A stretch of 64,000 nt of DNA from Lama glama (Eukaryota), in NCBI GenBank assembly GCA_028534125.1, contig CM052816.1, forward strand, positions 85,004,001 through 85,068,000, in the 5' to 3' direction. The notes beneath the pieces were generated by a model, which worked only from the letters and a program-made list of their open reading frames with translations, had not been told where the DNA came from and made no database searches. Positions within the stretch are counted from its first letter, which is position 1. Each line of letters starts with the position of its first letter. Positions 1-14,187 of this stretch are shown in pieces. Position numbers and translations under genes: made by a program.

Positions 1-687
1 GAATCCTCTACTTAAATCTTCACATGTCCATATGCCTGTGTGAGCCTTACACCATTCCAGAACTTGCTAAGAACTGAGCTCCAGTTTAACATCCACCCAA
101 ACGATGTCGTGACGAAAAATGACCAGTCAAAAGAGAGAGTTTTAGATTTATTTTAGGAACCAATCCAAAAATGTCCTGAGAAGCTTATTATATTTTAAAG
201 TAACTTTATTTTGGCCTGATACCTAGGACCTACACCACACAGAGTGAATTGCTGAAATGTCTCCAGAGTGATATGAATCTCTCTTTCCAGATTAATAAAT
301 TCAGGCTTGATATTGTTTTGTTGTGGTAGTTGTTTTTGTTGCTCTTCAATGTCTCTGTTTATGGAGATCAACAGGTACTTAGAGATGGCTTATCTTTCTA
401 TCCATGACGGGGGCGACCACAATAAAAGAACATCCCAGTTTTGGCTACCACCTTTCCACAGCTTTTCACTGTGCACTGTTAGTCTAAGCGCTAAAAGCAA
501 GAGGAATCCAAGCAATTCTTCACCTGCTCCCTCACCCCACCCCGGCCTGTGGAAGGATGTGTCATGAGTAAGAGTCTGATAAGAGCAGCAAGGGGAACAT
601 CTGTGGAAACCGGCTTGGATTTCTTCTCAGGACAATCAGTGGGCCCTATTTGGCCCCTCTCTTTGCTTCCTAGTTCAAGTCACAGGG

Positions 688-1083
688 TGAGTCAAATAAA
701 TATAAATCTGGATCTAGATCGGTAAATACTTTACTCAGAAGAAAGACTATCACAAAGGGAGAATGCCTCAATCTCAGCAATCTACAAGCATCTCAAAAAT
801 CAAACGGGAAAACAGTTTTTCTTTTACGTGGTGAGGAGGGGGTAACAAAGATCAGCAAGAACGTAACGAGGGACAGCTGCACAAGCAAGGGCGCCGCTCA
901 GCGGCGGCTGCAGTCGGCCGGGTCCCAGCGCGAGCTGACGAGGAGGGCTCGTCCGCCTTTTCAGCGCCTGGTCAGATCTGGGAGAAGTTACAGTCCAGGT
1001 ACTCGTAAGGTGAGACGCAGCCTGACTTTTTTGGTCAAGACAAAGCGGAGGGTATAAAATAGGCAACCGAGAACCTTCGGTCA
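688..1083 (-). mobile_element. Probable solo ERV LTR (ERV1-like), CpG-rich
   Basis: About 400 bp bounded by TG...CA; on the minus strand it starts TGACCGAAGG and has an AGTAAA poly(A)-signal variant near its end; CpG-rich core at 880-970. No clean TSD, so the left boundary is uncertain by a few bases. Confidence 0.6.
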
Positions 1084-1370
1084 GTGCGCATGAAAACCTT
1101 CTCTGTGCCAGGAAACGTCATTCCTCTGTTCAGAACTGCATCGTGGTGGAACGGGCTACTTGGCAGTTTTGTGGACCAAACTCAGTTTTACTAGCACGGA
1201 CCCCTCCAGCAATCCTACCCTTTCCCTGGGGGCAAAGCACTCCCTTTGGAACACTGTCATGGCAAAGCCCATTAAGAATTCCTAGGAACTAAAAATAGAA
1301 TCTGGAAAATAAGATAAAAATCTAACCTTTTTTTTCCCTTTGTCCTTCATCTAGTTTCACTTGCTCAGAG

Positions 1371-1810
1371 GGTACAGCGTGCAGAGGCCTTGCATCTGGC
1401 ACCTCAGACCGGAGCTCCCAGTATGGCACAGCCGCGTGGACACCTCTGCTCGGGGAGCCGGTCAGGAAGCGCCTGCTGCTCACTTCACAGCCACCAAGAT
1501 GGCGGCGGCTGGGCCGCTGCGCGGGGCACTACCACCTGGAGCCTGAGCAGCGCAGCTGTGGCAGCCCCGCCAGAACCCCGCCCTCCTCGCCAGAGCCCCC
1601 CCCCCCCACTTCCTGAGAGAACTCCGCCCCCTCCCCCGCTGAGGACAACCTGTAAAGCAGGAGAGCCCATAATCTCACACCTCTGGATTCTTTGACCAAA
1701 GAATAAAGGCTTTGTTTGCTTCTAAACCTAAGTAGTCTCACACCTTTGGGGCGAGCTGCACAAGGCAGGAGGACCCTTGTTGGAGACCCCACTCAGAAGG
1801 GTCCATAACA
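1371..1810 (+). mobile_element. Solo ERV LTR (class I-like, 4-bp TSD)
   Basis: AGAG flanks both sides (1367-1370 and 1811-1814); ends ...ATAACA; AATAAA at about 1702 followed by a GT-rich, U5-like segment; begins GG rather than TG; GC/CpG-rich relative to flanks. Confidence 0.7.
1495..1506 (+). promoter_or_regulatory. YY1 consensus motif inside LTR
   Basis: Exact CAAGATGGCGGC; nearby ETS cores (CAGGAAG, CTTCCTG) and GC boxes (CCGCCC). Motif match only, function untested. Confidence 0.5.
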
Positions 1811-4800
1811 AGAGCACTAAAACACTTCTTAGAGGAATCACCTGAAATATTCTCTACACTTGGAAATCAGCAAAGCTGTGAAGTTTCAAAATCTGACTCC
1901 AAAGAACACCCCCCAACCTTTTTTTTTTTTAACAATATATAAGAGCCTTGACTCGACCGTTTTTTTTTTAAAGCAAATGTGTCCTTAATATTGATGAATA
2001 ATTATTCAAGTACACCATTCTTCAATGATGCTTACTTTCCATGCCCTTGAAGTTATTTAAAAATTTAGTGCATTTATAAATTGAAGCAACATAAGAAAAC
2101 AAATTGCAAAACACTTCTTAAACAAATACTTTTATCTCTTAGCCATAAATGTCAATTTGTAAACACAAAATTTTAAATGGTATTTTTTTTGATATAATGG
2201 TGTGAAACTTGCTTACATGTGGTTTTAAAGGCTCATCTAAAATTATTTAGTATGACTGCATTCGGTTATATTTGAAACATAAAAGATAACATAGTATTTA
2301 GTTATATTGGTAACATAAAGAACAGTAAAAATTTCATTCATGCAGAACACCACAATAAACCATATGCATAGAAGAATCTATGCAATCTATTTTCAGGTTA
2401 AAAAGTTTCCATTTATTATGCAACCTCAGTATACATAATGCATGAATATTTGGCAGGTTGCTTAACTATGGTGACTCATGTATTTCATACTCTTATTTAA
2501 ATGAAATATAGTTGAAAATGTACAGGTGACATTGTAAACAAGAAAGATATCTTTAATTCTTAAGTTTGTATGAATAATGTGATAATCATCTGCCCCGTGA
2601 TTTATTTTTACCACTGATTGGAAGAATGGTTGACAGTGCTCTTAATTTAGGAGAGCTTCAACTTGTTGTGAACACTTCTATGTGGAAATCTTACTGAATA
2701 AACCAACACAAATATAAAATAAAAGACTACTCATTAGTAATTGATCCATTAATTGCATAATTATTTTAAAAAACATAGAAATAGTAACATCCTGAAATCT
2801 TCTAGCATTGGTTTGCACTAAATGCAAGAATCAGATTTGGGACTCATGCTGGTTGTCTGTAAGTGCTAAGAATGGAGTTACATTTTTAAAATATCTGCCT
2901 TGTCATGTTGCCATATTAGAGACAACTGAAAGCTTCTGATACAATATTGATGTTTTCAAAAGCCACTGTCTCCAGCAAATATCTCAGCTTGAGTTCCTTT
3001 CTGAGACTAAGAATCCTGTGTCTAAGCAGAAGACTACAGGGATGAGAGAGGACAGAGATGAAAGCACTGGCATGATCACTGGGAAAGGAGCTGAGATATG
3101 ATTCAGGGCTGACCTAGTGATATGACATCAGGCAAGCTATTTTATCTTATAATTTCTCAGACTCCTATTTGCAAAGAAGGGTTAATACCTGCACTGATTA
3201 CATGTATAAGATATAGATCATTTCTTTTCAACATAAGGTATTATTAACCTATCACTCTGACCTCCACATATAAGATAATTAACCAGGAGAAATTCAAAAG
3301 TGAAAATTATGCTTGCAAATAAAATAAAGAAGTATTATGAAAGTTAGCTGGTTCTGGTCCACAGTACAAGGTTAGAAACCCATGAGGCCAAATGTGTTTC
3401 AAATTAAGAACTTTTGGATTTCAAAAATCTAATTTGATGTATGTATTATACATTGATTATCATACCCCTTAACCAAATAAATATACAATATGAATGTAAT
3501 GAAACATAAATATTCATTAAAAGGGATAAATGAAGACAGTAAATACTTCATACCAGTTCAGGTCAATTTTGGGGTTTTTTTGTTGTTTTTTTCCATTTTT
3601 TTGATCTGAAAATAATCCAGTTATCAGAAAATTTTTATTTCACAATTTAAGTAAGTTAGAATTTTGTTTAATGTAGTAAACATGAGTGTATCACAGAGTA
3701 AAATATAAACTGTCAAATTTGAAAATTAAAGGCAGGGATTTTCAGGAAATACTGTACTTTTGGAGAAAAACTGAATTTCTAGGAGTTCCTGTTGGCTCTC
3801 TGTCCTTTAGATATGATTGTAATTGACCACTTTAAGAATGTGTGTTTCAGTGTTCAGTGTAAAGATCAAAATATGTCAGGGATAGGAAGAGTACTAAGGA
3901 CACACACTAGTCAATGTAAATAGCTACGTAAGGACACGAATAAATGTGACCTGGTGTGACATGGTTTGATGGAGAAGGGAAGAACAGGGAATTCCAGAAT
4001 CAGAAATAAGCTGGGTGATGTGGGGAAGGGATGGGATTGGACATGAGAGAGCTCACTAAGGGAAGTTTCTTATAAAAAGGGGAAAATGAAAAGGAAATGG
4101 AAATGCACTCCCCACCCTGCCACCACCACCCGTCTGCTGAGTCACAGTATTGTTAAGGCTTGACTTCATTTCTTGTGAAACTATCCTGTGACTTCTTAAA
4201 TTTGATTTAGAAGAAAAGTTATTGTCAAAGGACATAATGCAAAAATATGGCAATTTGTAATATATGAAATAGCTTTCAATTGTTCTTACAGAAAGATAAA
4301 AATAAATGTATCTTAAATGACGTACTAAGCAAGTTCAGATGATTTTAAGATTTACCATTTTCATTGATAGATAATAAATTATGTGTAATGATTTAGAAAT
4401 TTAAATGCATGCCAGAATCCCAGGTAATTTATGGAAGTAAATATTTAATACTTTGTTTTAAATTCTATTTTAGGAATTAAATACTATGGAATAAAATCAA
4501 GGTCTTCATTATTGTGTGAACAATTTTTTTATTTATCTTTCTACCTTCATGTATATATATATATATATCTACATATAGGTATAGTTATAAACATGTATCT
4601 TACATACTAAAAAGATTTGAAGAAAAACAAAATATCATTTGAATAACATATGGAAATGGAGTGGTATTTAAAGATATTTTCCTAAATATACAGTTATGAC
4701 CCAGTAATCTAGAAGACAAAGCACTTACTAATCTTTAAGCTTTAGTATCATTGAAAGGCACATTCTCTTGATTTATGAAATAGAATTTGACCTTAGCCCA

Positions 4801-4951
4801 TATGTCACATACATCACATACATCACGTCCTGAGGGTTATGGGAAGTTGACTGCAAGTATTCATCATTAATCAAAATGAATAAAAGGTAGTAACACAGAC
4901 AAGTGTAAAGTACACAGCAGGAATCATGTCCACCTTGTACTGCTGCCCTTT

Positions 4952-4976
4952 GTGTGTGTGTGTGTGTGTGTGTGTG
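4952..4976. repeat. (TG)n microsatellite
   Basis: Directly visible dinucleotide run. Confidence 0.95.
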
Positions 4977-5629
4977 CGCACATTCTCATACAAGAAAAAC
5001 TTAGCATCCCTTTATCTTTCCTTTGGTGTTTGTTTCTTGTGTTTTTATAATTTGCTTACATTGTTTTGTTTACCACAAATGTCTTTTCACTGGCTAATAA
5101 CTTCATGCTAAATAACCACTTGAGGTTTTTAATTGGCTTCCAATATTTAAATCAACTAACATTCTAAGTATGACTACGTGCACCAAAGTCAACTCAAAAT
5201 TGAGTTAAAAAAATAGTAGGGCAATAGTCTCAGTATGCTAGTATAAAACTTCCAAGGGATCTACTTCTAAGAAGATGATATTCAAGTATGATTTTATTTT
5301 TTTTGTTTTTTTTAATAAAAAGTACGAGATTTTTCTGGATTTTGTTTAATATACAGTGCCCAACGTGCTTTGATGAAAGATAATGCATTTCAGGAAATGA
5401 CTAATTCAATGATTTACATAAATAAGAATTTTATATTTCAAATATATTTTCTGAAATTTTACAACTCTGGTTTGTTAAGTAAGCACATTCTCAGATAACA
5501 AACTAAACTTTAAACTATTGTCTACATTATTATGAACTACAAATGACTGAGTTCTTGTTAATAAAAAACTTTAAGAAGAAATAAACTGGATGTGTGGGAT
5601 GAAGAGTGGAATAAATATCCAGAAAATTT

Positions 5630-5830
5630 TGTAAGCATTAGTAACTGTGCTGTAAGTGTTCACTTTCCTATTCCATTTTAATCCTCAAATATCAGTATCA
5701 TTAACTTCACCACATGTGAGGAGATTAGACCACAAAAGAGTGATATCATTTGTTCAACATCAAAGAGCTAATAAGCAGCATAGCCTAAACTGAGTGGATT
5801 CACAAATCCCTATATTTTTAATTACATTCT
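5630..5830 (-). mobile_element. MIR SINE fragment
   Basis: Degenerate MIR core (tttaatcctca...gaggagattagaccacaaaagagtgatatcatttgttcaacatca). Confidence 0.55.
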
Positions 5831-6049
5831 TTCTAACACATTAATAATTTATCCTTTAGAAAGTACATGATAAACTGTCTTGAAATTGTCAATATTCTTG
5901 TGTTCTTATTGTTATTTTTTGCAGAATTCTTCTTTTATATCTTTTAATATGCTTACAATTGATTTCTAGCTAAATATAAAATATACAGGTAAAATATATT
6001 CTCTCTGTAAAATCAAATCTCAATTGCTAGTTCCAAATAAGCCCTTGTA

Positions 6050-6617
6050 AGTGTGCATCTGGGACTTGGAGCTGACTTGTCTTTCTCTGGGGGTCTCAGG
6101 AGTCAAGTATATGGCAGGCTTCTAGGTCCCTGCACACCGAACTTTCCCAACTGAGTCTTCCTTGCAGCAGTGCCTATCCCATCCCTATGCAGGCTGAAAA
6201 AGTCAGAAACTGAATTCCTCACCTCTCTTGTAGCTAGAGGTCTGACACGAGGCCTGGTTCTGGCTAACAGAATTCAAAGTTAAATATGCTGGGAGCTTCT
6301 GAAAAGTCTGACAAACTGAAAGAAGAAAGAAGTAGAGACCAGCCCTGGCCTTCTTGCTTTGGGGCATTGTTTGGGGAGTACTAAAGACTGAAAGCCACTT
6401 TCCTCATCAAAAGGAAAGGTCAGGCAATAACAGAGAAAAATCCCAACATAATCAAGTGATTAAAATAACCCTGGAATCCACTACCCTTAGATTTCTTGGT
6501 ATTGGTAAGTAATTCTATACATACATACATACATACACACACACACAAATAAGATTTACTTTTCAAATACTTTTTGTGAAGAATTCTGTATTTTCAGCCA
6601 AAACCAGCATAACACAT
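6050..6617 (+). mobile_element. Old MaLR LTR (MLT1I/J/K-like)
   Basis: Motifs such as ctcttgtagctagagg, tggttctggctaacaga and the terminal cagccaaaaccagcataacaca resemble MLT1 consensus; internal (TACA)n. Confidence 0.55.
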
Positions 6618-7223
6618 AAAAAGTCTTGAAATTATCAGTCATCATGATGATTTGGGGTTGTGCATTTATGCCCCCGTCCCCATTATTTGAGTTAAAACAT
6701 GAGGCAATATATAATTTTTCAGTTATTTAGGATTAAGTTTTACATGAATGCTAAGAATACAACTAGTACCTTTAATATCCAAACATAATCATAGAAAAGC
6801 ATGTTGACGATTCAAATATGAAGATAAATCTGGTTGTGATGATAATATACCTTACTCATTCTTACAGCATTACCTATATTTTATACATTGATTATTGATT
6901 TAGTAAAAGTGTCTAAAATAGTCTTTAAAAATCTCTTTTTTCTGGTACTTATTTTCTACTTTAAAATTCTGTGACTCTGTTTATGACTGTGCAGTTTATA
7001 CACACAGGTATTTTGTATATTTTTTTCACCTGGAGAACAGACTCCCCAAGAAGCTTGACTATTTTCACCCTCAGAATGATTCCAGTCAACTTTCAAATCT
7101 CACAAATCATCTTACAGTTTACCATCTATTAGGCAGAAGCTCCAAATTTCAGTGTGAAGGGCTTTTCTTACTAGAACAAAGAAGGTTTAAGAGAGAACCT
7201 GACTGCTGACCTACGATAATTCT

Positions 7224-7285
7224 ATTAGATCAAAGAGTCTTACACGAGTGCTAATTAGATCAAAGAGTCTTACAGGAGTGCTAAT
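7224..7285. repeat. 2 x 30-bp tandem duplication
   Basis: ATTAGATCAAAGAGTCTTACA(C/G)GAGTGCTA twice, one mismatch. Confidence 0.95.
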
Positions 7286-8180
7286 ATTAATCTATGTACT
7301 TATGTTAATTTTAATGTGGCTTTAGTTAAAATACTGAAAGTATTACTACCAGCTATCATTTCGTTTTCAGTCCTAATTTCTCATTATGTGCCAGACCATT
7401 ATTTTTCATTATTTTGCATACTCAAAATAGCAATCAATTCATTGCCTAATAAACAGTTATATGTTGTAAATGCTTTATTTACAGTGGACAACCTAAACAT
7501 ATATTATTTGAGTGAAAAATATCGATTTTATATGTCCATCAACATATAGATAGGTATACCCATATTTAGATAGATAGGAAAGTTGATGATTAGATGCACT
7601 GATAAATTGCCTAAACTGGTGTTAGGAAAGAGGATTTAAATGCACGTCTTTTACTCTAAGGTGCTGCATGATCTTGCTGACTAAGCAATATTCCCAATGT
7701 CTCCGATAGGTTAGATACAAAAGCTAGAAATTGATGGGAAACAGAGAAAGGAGGTTGGGAATTATATTTGAGCCAAGAAAACATCATCATGCTCTAAATC
7801 CATGAGTCACTTCTTTCACCAGAGTCAAAAATTTTCAGTGATACATCTTGTTAATTACAAAAAGATTCTGATTGAAACCACAGATACATATTAGCACATG
7901 TACATACTGGTACTGCTTTCTAATTAATAAATGACTAAAAGATAGTTAAAATTATTGGTAATTCATGCTCGTTAAAAAATAGAAGAGGAAATTCACATTC
8001 ATATAAGATTTCATGATTGAAAGGAAAAATACTGAGATGAAAAGTAGAAATTCTTAGCACAATTCTTGGTAAGTAAGATGTTAATAATTGATAGCTAATA
8101 CATATTTTTGATCAGATGGATATTTGGAAGAAACAGTAATAAAAAAAAGTAACTAAAAAATAACAAGAAAACTCAGGAAG

Positions 8181-8673
8181 GTAATTTTCCATTGCTGCTA
8201 TAACAAATTACCACACATTTAATGGTTTAAAATAACACAAAGACATTATCTTAAAATTCTGGATATCAGAAGTCCAAAATCAGTCTCATTGTGATTAAAG
8301 GCATGTTGGCAGAACATACAGCTCCCTCTAGAGTCTCTAGGGGACAATCCATTTCCTTTCTTTCCCAGCTTCTAGAGGCTACCTCGATTCCTTAAGTCAT
8401 CTCTCCTTCCTCCACCCTCAAAGCCAGCAGTGTTGCATCTTCAAAGCTCTTTTCCATAGTCACATTTGCTTTACTGACTCTGACCTTTCGGCTTCCCTAT
8501 TATAAGTAGCCTTATGATTACATTGTACTCACTTGGAAAATCTAGTAGAATCTCATTTCAATATCCTTAATCTCATCTGCAAAGATTTTTTTTTTCCATT
8601 TGTAGTTACATATTTGCATGTTTTAGGAATTAAGAGGTGAATATCCTTGGGGAGATAATTTTTCTGTCCATCA
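8181..8673 (-). mobile_element. MaLR LTR (MLT1D-like)
   Basis: Typical ttgctgctataacaaattaccac...tcagaagtccaaaatcagtctca...ccagcttctagaggct...ctcaaagccagca. Confidence 0.85.
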
Positions 8674-8744
8674 AACTGACCAATAACATATAACTTAAAG
8701 TTACATTAGTGATGTTAATCTATATACTAAGACTTTTGCAAAGA

Positions 8745-8850
8745 TCAACTTTCCCTGTTTGCCAGGACTGTACCAGTTTTTAATCACCAAAAGTCCTATG
8801 TCCATCTATGACCACTCAGTCCTGGGTTAATAGGGATAGTTACCTTACCT
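8745..8850. mobile_element. hAT-Blackjack MITE relic (MER94/MER81-like)
   Basis: cctgtttgccaggactgtaccagtttt...ctcagtcctgggttaatagggatagtt. Confidence 0.55.
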
Positions 8851-10979
8851 GGGCCCCTAAAGAGAGATAAGGGTTGGTCAGAGAGAATTTACTGTCATAA
8901 AAGTTGGGGCAGGAATTCAGGAATCAACTTTTTTTTTACATGTACTGGAAATGTTGTTACTTTAGGATAGATTATTGTCTTGTCAAAGCTATCTTCTGTG
9001 AGAACCATGGACAAAAGTCAATTTTACAAATCTGTCCATTTATATAAACAAATTAAAAGGAGGTATATTCCTAATTTTTTCTATTTTTCTCAGCTATAAC
9101 TAGAATTTATATTCATTGAAAAGAAAACATTATTTTAACCAAACTTCAGTAGGTGGCCTTTGGATGCATGCTTTGCAATATCATCATGTTTTACAAGCAA
9201 TTGTTACTCAAGAGCCATGGAATGCTTTTAACCATTGGTGACAATACTGAGATCTTATTAATTATTCATGAATATTACATTTTTAGTTAAATTCAAAATG
9301 CTTCCTTTCAACCAGAAGTTCTTCCAACTAAAATATGTAAGTAGACATGATTAAGCTTGATTTTCTTTAGGAATTACGCATCCAATGCTTCTGAAAAAGG
9401 TGCTTTCAGGAAAGAATACAACAACTATATTTTAGGACTTTTTTTGTGTTTTAAATATCTCACTGTTTAAAGGAGATTTGGTCATTCTCTTTCCCCAGTA
9501 TCATTTCTTTAAATCTGATGAGGAATTGATATGCTTGCAAAATATTAAGTATAGAAAAAGCTCTAAATCCTCAAGCTGTTTTTTTCCATGAACTTCTCCT
9601 TGTCACAACACAGGACCACACTGCAAATGGTGATCAACATCAAACATGTTGAACAAACACACACTGCCCCCGCAACACACACAAAATGACAAAATAATAA
9701 AGTCAAAGAAGATACTTAAAGACATATTTTCAAAATCTATTACCAACTTCCAGAGAAGTTTTGGAATAAATAAAGAGACACATAAAACAACAGTGCACTG
9801 GCATTAACGTAAAAGTCAAATTAAGATGAACTAAACTTGTGGGGTGTCATAACCATTCCTTCAAAATTACACTTAATTATTTCTTTATCGTCTATTTGTA
9901 AAAGGTCCACAAAAAATTTTTTGGACAGAGAAAAAAAAAACAATTGAAAATTAGGAAACACTTAAAAGGAAAAAAAAAATCCTGATCTACTAATTTGTTT
10001 TCTGTTTCACTATAGGAAGAGAACTGAAGATACAACCAGGTGTAGAGATAACTTTTTACTTACAAAGTGTGAGCAGCTAAGCAAGTGAGTAAGGAAGAAC
10101 ATACGTCACTATTAATAATAAAACAGTAACAACATTAATAAAACAATAACAAGTACACACTGAAACTTAAATAACCATGAAATAAAACTAAACTTAGACA
10201 AAATTATTAAGTAAATTAATATTATGATACCAATCTGGAATTTAGAACAGAGTTGAGAGATAAAGAAGACATAGACTGTGGTTTTAGGCTATTTTAGCAT
10301 TGAGTTTGAATGAAGAGTGTGGATTCACTTTTTAAAAGATCTCAACATTTCACACCGATTATCAATAATATTTAATATACCACATTTTGTGTTATATATA
10401 AGATTATATTATGTCATATCCCAGTTCCCATGTGTTATTTCTCACAATATTTTTCTTTTCATTTTATCTTAATGGGAAACTTATTCATTTTAATTATATG
10501 GTAAGTAAACTGTCAAAACTGAAATGTCAATGCTTAACGTAAAAGTCAAACAAAAAAGTCAGTAGTTATTTGTAGAATTATATATTGGATACTGTTATTG
10601 CTGCTTTTTGAGAAAAATGTTTTTGAGCCTGTAAAATAGAAAAACAAATCATCAAGTCCTCGCTTAAAACAGAAGATAAAAATAAAAGTTAGCAGCTAAC
10701 AGAATCAAAAGATAACTCGTTGAGCTTAAGTCTATTTTTTTCAGGGTCCAATATGCAGATATTTTTTTTTATTGAGGGTCAACTGTAAATGCAAAATAAA
10801 AATTCCTAATGAAGACTTTGAAATATGGATATTCCACTAAGTGCATCACATTTAAATGCAAGGGTTATATGATATGGATAGTAAGATCCTGATCAACAAT
10901 AAGAAGAAAACGTTTTTATTCTGGATGATTAGGATTAAAAAAGCAAAGAAAGAAGAAAATAGAAAGATAAGGAATGAGA

Positions 10980-11477
10980 TCTCTTAGTTACCTATTGTTG
11001 CATAATAAATTACTCCAAATATGGTAGCTTAAAACAATTATTTTTTACCTGACACAATTTCAGTGGGCCAGAAAATCAGATGCATAGGAGCTGGATTTTC
11101 CTGGTTCATAATCTTTCATGAAGTTGTACTTAAGAGGCTGGCTTGAACAGTAGTTCAGTCATCAGAAGGCTTCACTGTGGTTGGAGAATCTATTTTTAAG
11201 ATGGCTTCTCACCCACATGACTAGTAGGATGGTCCTGACCAAGTGGACCTCTCCAAAGGCTACTTGAGTGCCCTCACAACACTACAGTAGGCTTTGGGGC
11301 AAGATATTAAAGGAAAAACAAGGTGGAATAATAATCTCCTTTATAGTCTAGCCTTGAACACCTCATGATATCATTTCCACAGTATTATATTAATTGTTCA
11401 AGTCAGAGAGAGCTGCATAGGAGGTGGATACCAGGAGGTAAGTTCACTGGGGCTCTTCTGACAGTCTGGCAGTCACA
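10980..11477 (-). mobile_element. MaLR LTR (MLT1F/G/H-like)
   Basis: agttacctattgttgcataataaattactccaaa...agcttaaaacaa...ggagaatctatttttaagatggct...ends gtcaca. Confidence 0.8.
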
Positions 11478-14187
11478 GGAAGTAACAAAGGTATCTATTT
11501 TTGAAAAACAGTAATATACCACGCATACAATTCAGTTTTAGTGTTAACGCTCTAACAAAATCTGGGTTGAAGTAGCAAAAGTATCTCACAATATATTGGG
11601 CTAATGATTTATGGGCAGTGAATTTGTCTCATTTCTTGAGATCCCACCCAATATAAATGGGTGTAGGTTGGAGCCTTGTACTAGTCCATTGTTACACTTA
11701 AGATTCCCCAATTTTTCTTCTGGCCTTTCTGTTTGGGAAGGTCACTCTAGCCTTTTGAAGATGCATGAGGATCAGAATTGTTTTTTTAGAATCAAACAAA
11801 ATGTTGCATTTGGGGTGAGGTTAGATTTACAAGGTCTGAATGAGTGAGCTTTCTAACCAAGCATGAAGAAACTTTCATCCAGTCTTCAGGAATTCCATTG
11901 TGTCAAGATGCTGTGTCATCTAGAGAGCATAAAACTTGCTTGTGGCGGGAAAAGCAAACTCTGAGTTCTGCATCACTGGAGGAGTGAGTTGTCATGTTTA
12001 CTTCTTCTCCCCAGTTAGAAAAATAATGCAAAAGTTGCAGAGAAATGAAGCAGCTGATACAGCACGTTAGCAGGGAAACTTTAAAGGAGACAGGGGTGAT
12101 TTGGGGATGAGAGTGGGCCAGAGATGAGACCCAGAATTAGTTGATGTTTGTCTAATCACTACTTTCAGAAAGTCGACTCCTCAGTTTTTAATCGTGAGAG
12201 AGATTATTTGGAGGTGCATTAAATATCCCACAGGTTAAATTGTTTTCATCACTTTTCACATCCTCCTCTTCCTAGCTGACTCTCCAGACGGCAGCTGTTC
12301 ATTTTCCACCCATTCAGTACTTCTTTATATCCAATCAGTCCAACTCCCAGACCTTCACAAACATCCCCTCCATCTTACCCCTCCATTTTAAGCAGAGTGC
12401 TTAACTTTCTGTATTGGAGAGTCTATATCCAATCCCACAGAAAAAGTTCAACCCTCAAATTTATTATCCTGATTGCCTTCCATTCAGCAGTTTACATACT
12501 ACCAATATCCTTCAGAAAGCAGTGGGAGTTAATACATTTCTTTTCCTTGTCACATTCTTCAGGAGAAATATATGTGGCACATTTTTTCTACCATTTGAGG
12601 AGTGAGTGAGAGGAAGATAATTACAGCTTATATGAGGCACCTAAGTATCATGAGTCTTGTAAACAGATGCTCCCTTCCTGCTCTTGTCTTATGAAACAAA
12701 AATAAAGGATCTTTGGGGATATTTCATCAGCAGAGATAACTGATTAGGGTCATTTTACAAATTAAGAAGGATTATAACCTTACATCTAGCTCCTCATTCT
12801 AAGTCAAGTTTGGTGATGAATGACCCCTTCTGTCTCTTTGTTTTGAGGAATGTGATGTGTGAGTACTTGTTATTAGTGCAAGCAAATGTTAGAATTGAAA
12901 GGTACATGGAAGAAGAGTTACAGTCTAAATTTGGGTTCCTTGACATCTGTCTGCTAACCATATTGCATCTCTTGCTGGAAAGGAACATCACCTGAAAGTG
13001 TCTAGACTAATGTCGAGGTGATCATGGCTGAGTCCTTGTCTCAGATACCGTCTTGTCCAAGATGCTTATCCAAATAGCAACATTTTAAAAAAGTAGCTGA
13101 AAAAACCTCACAGGACCTAGGGATTTTTTTTCTTACTTTGCTTTATTTCTGAGTCTACTGCACATATCTTGAAATCTCATAAGTTTCATGTAATGAATGA
13201 TTACATTTATTTATTTAGACAAAGTTGTTTTGAAATTTCTAAACTTTATATTTAGCTGGCGTGTCCTAGCACTCATTTACTAATATCTTCAAGTATACTA
13301 AATTCATTATGTTAAAAATGAAGACTTTAGACCTCTTAAATAAAATTTCATCTAGTTATCAAGATTAATTTTCCTTAGAAGGAGGTAAGAAATTACTATA
13401 ATCTATTTCCTCTCATATATGCAAGTTACTGTTTTCTTTCATCATCTTATTCTTGTTTGACACGACTAACTAGAATACCATTAAGAAGAAAACCTAAAAC
13501 CCTCAAACTAAGAGCAGTTTCATTATCATTTGATGTATCTGTCCTTTTTCAGGGTTTGGTTAACCTTCCTGCACCAGAACAGACCATGGAGAGAATGGTC
13601 CTAGGAGGATGTAGAAAGGCAAAAGGATAGAGAAGTGAGTGACAAATCAAAGAACAGCTATCATTCTGCATACAAAGTTAATAATAAATACTGATGTCTA
13701 CTTACATGTACTTAAGCACATACCAGCTCAAGACCCTTACCTAATAACAAACCTTACCCAAGGATTCACCCAAGTATCAACTAGGATTTCTAATAAAGCA
13801 AGTGTTATGGTATAGTTTGTCCTCATATATTAGTCTGATAGCTATAAACACCACTGAGTATCTACTATGTAGTTATTCTACCTATAGCTTCACCTTGCCC
13901 AGGTTACTGCTTCAAACCTGTCTTTATGAACCCTATTACTGCTCAGTGATTTAATTCCTTGTATAAATGCTAATACTGATGTTATTAAACTCACTCAAGA
14001 TGCTCTGCATTCACATATTGTCTGATGGATGAGGTGGAAACATGTATTTATAATGTAACTTGAAAACATACTGCAGATCTAAAAAAATTCAAAACAAAAC
14101 TAAACAAAACTAACAGCATGATCTCATCTAAGCTCCTTTAGAATCGAACTCTCTCTCTTATTCACACAACCTTGCCCATCTTTACAT

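Noticed and set aside
1361..1792. Pro/Gly/Ala-rich ORFs with a good Kozak-like ATG (CCAAGATGG), suggesting a first exon or processed pseudogene
   Set aside because: The ORFs are short and low-complexity, lie within a TSD-flanked LTR-like element, and lack a splice donor or poly(A) tail; the ATG context is the YY1 motif.
3360..3650. Possible ancient Tigger-like relic
   Set aside because: Resemblance too weak to call without an alignment.
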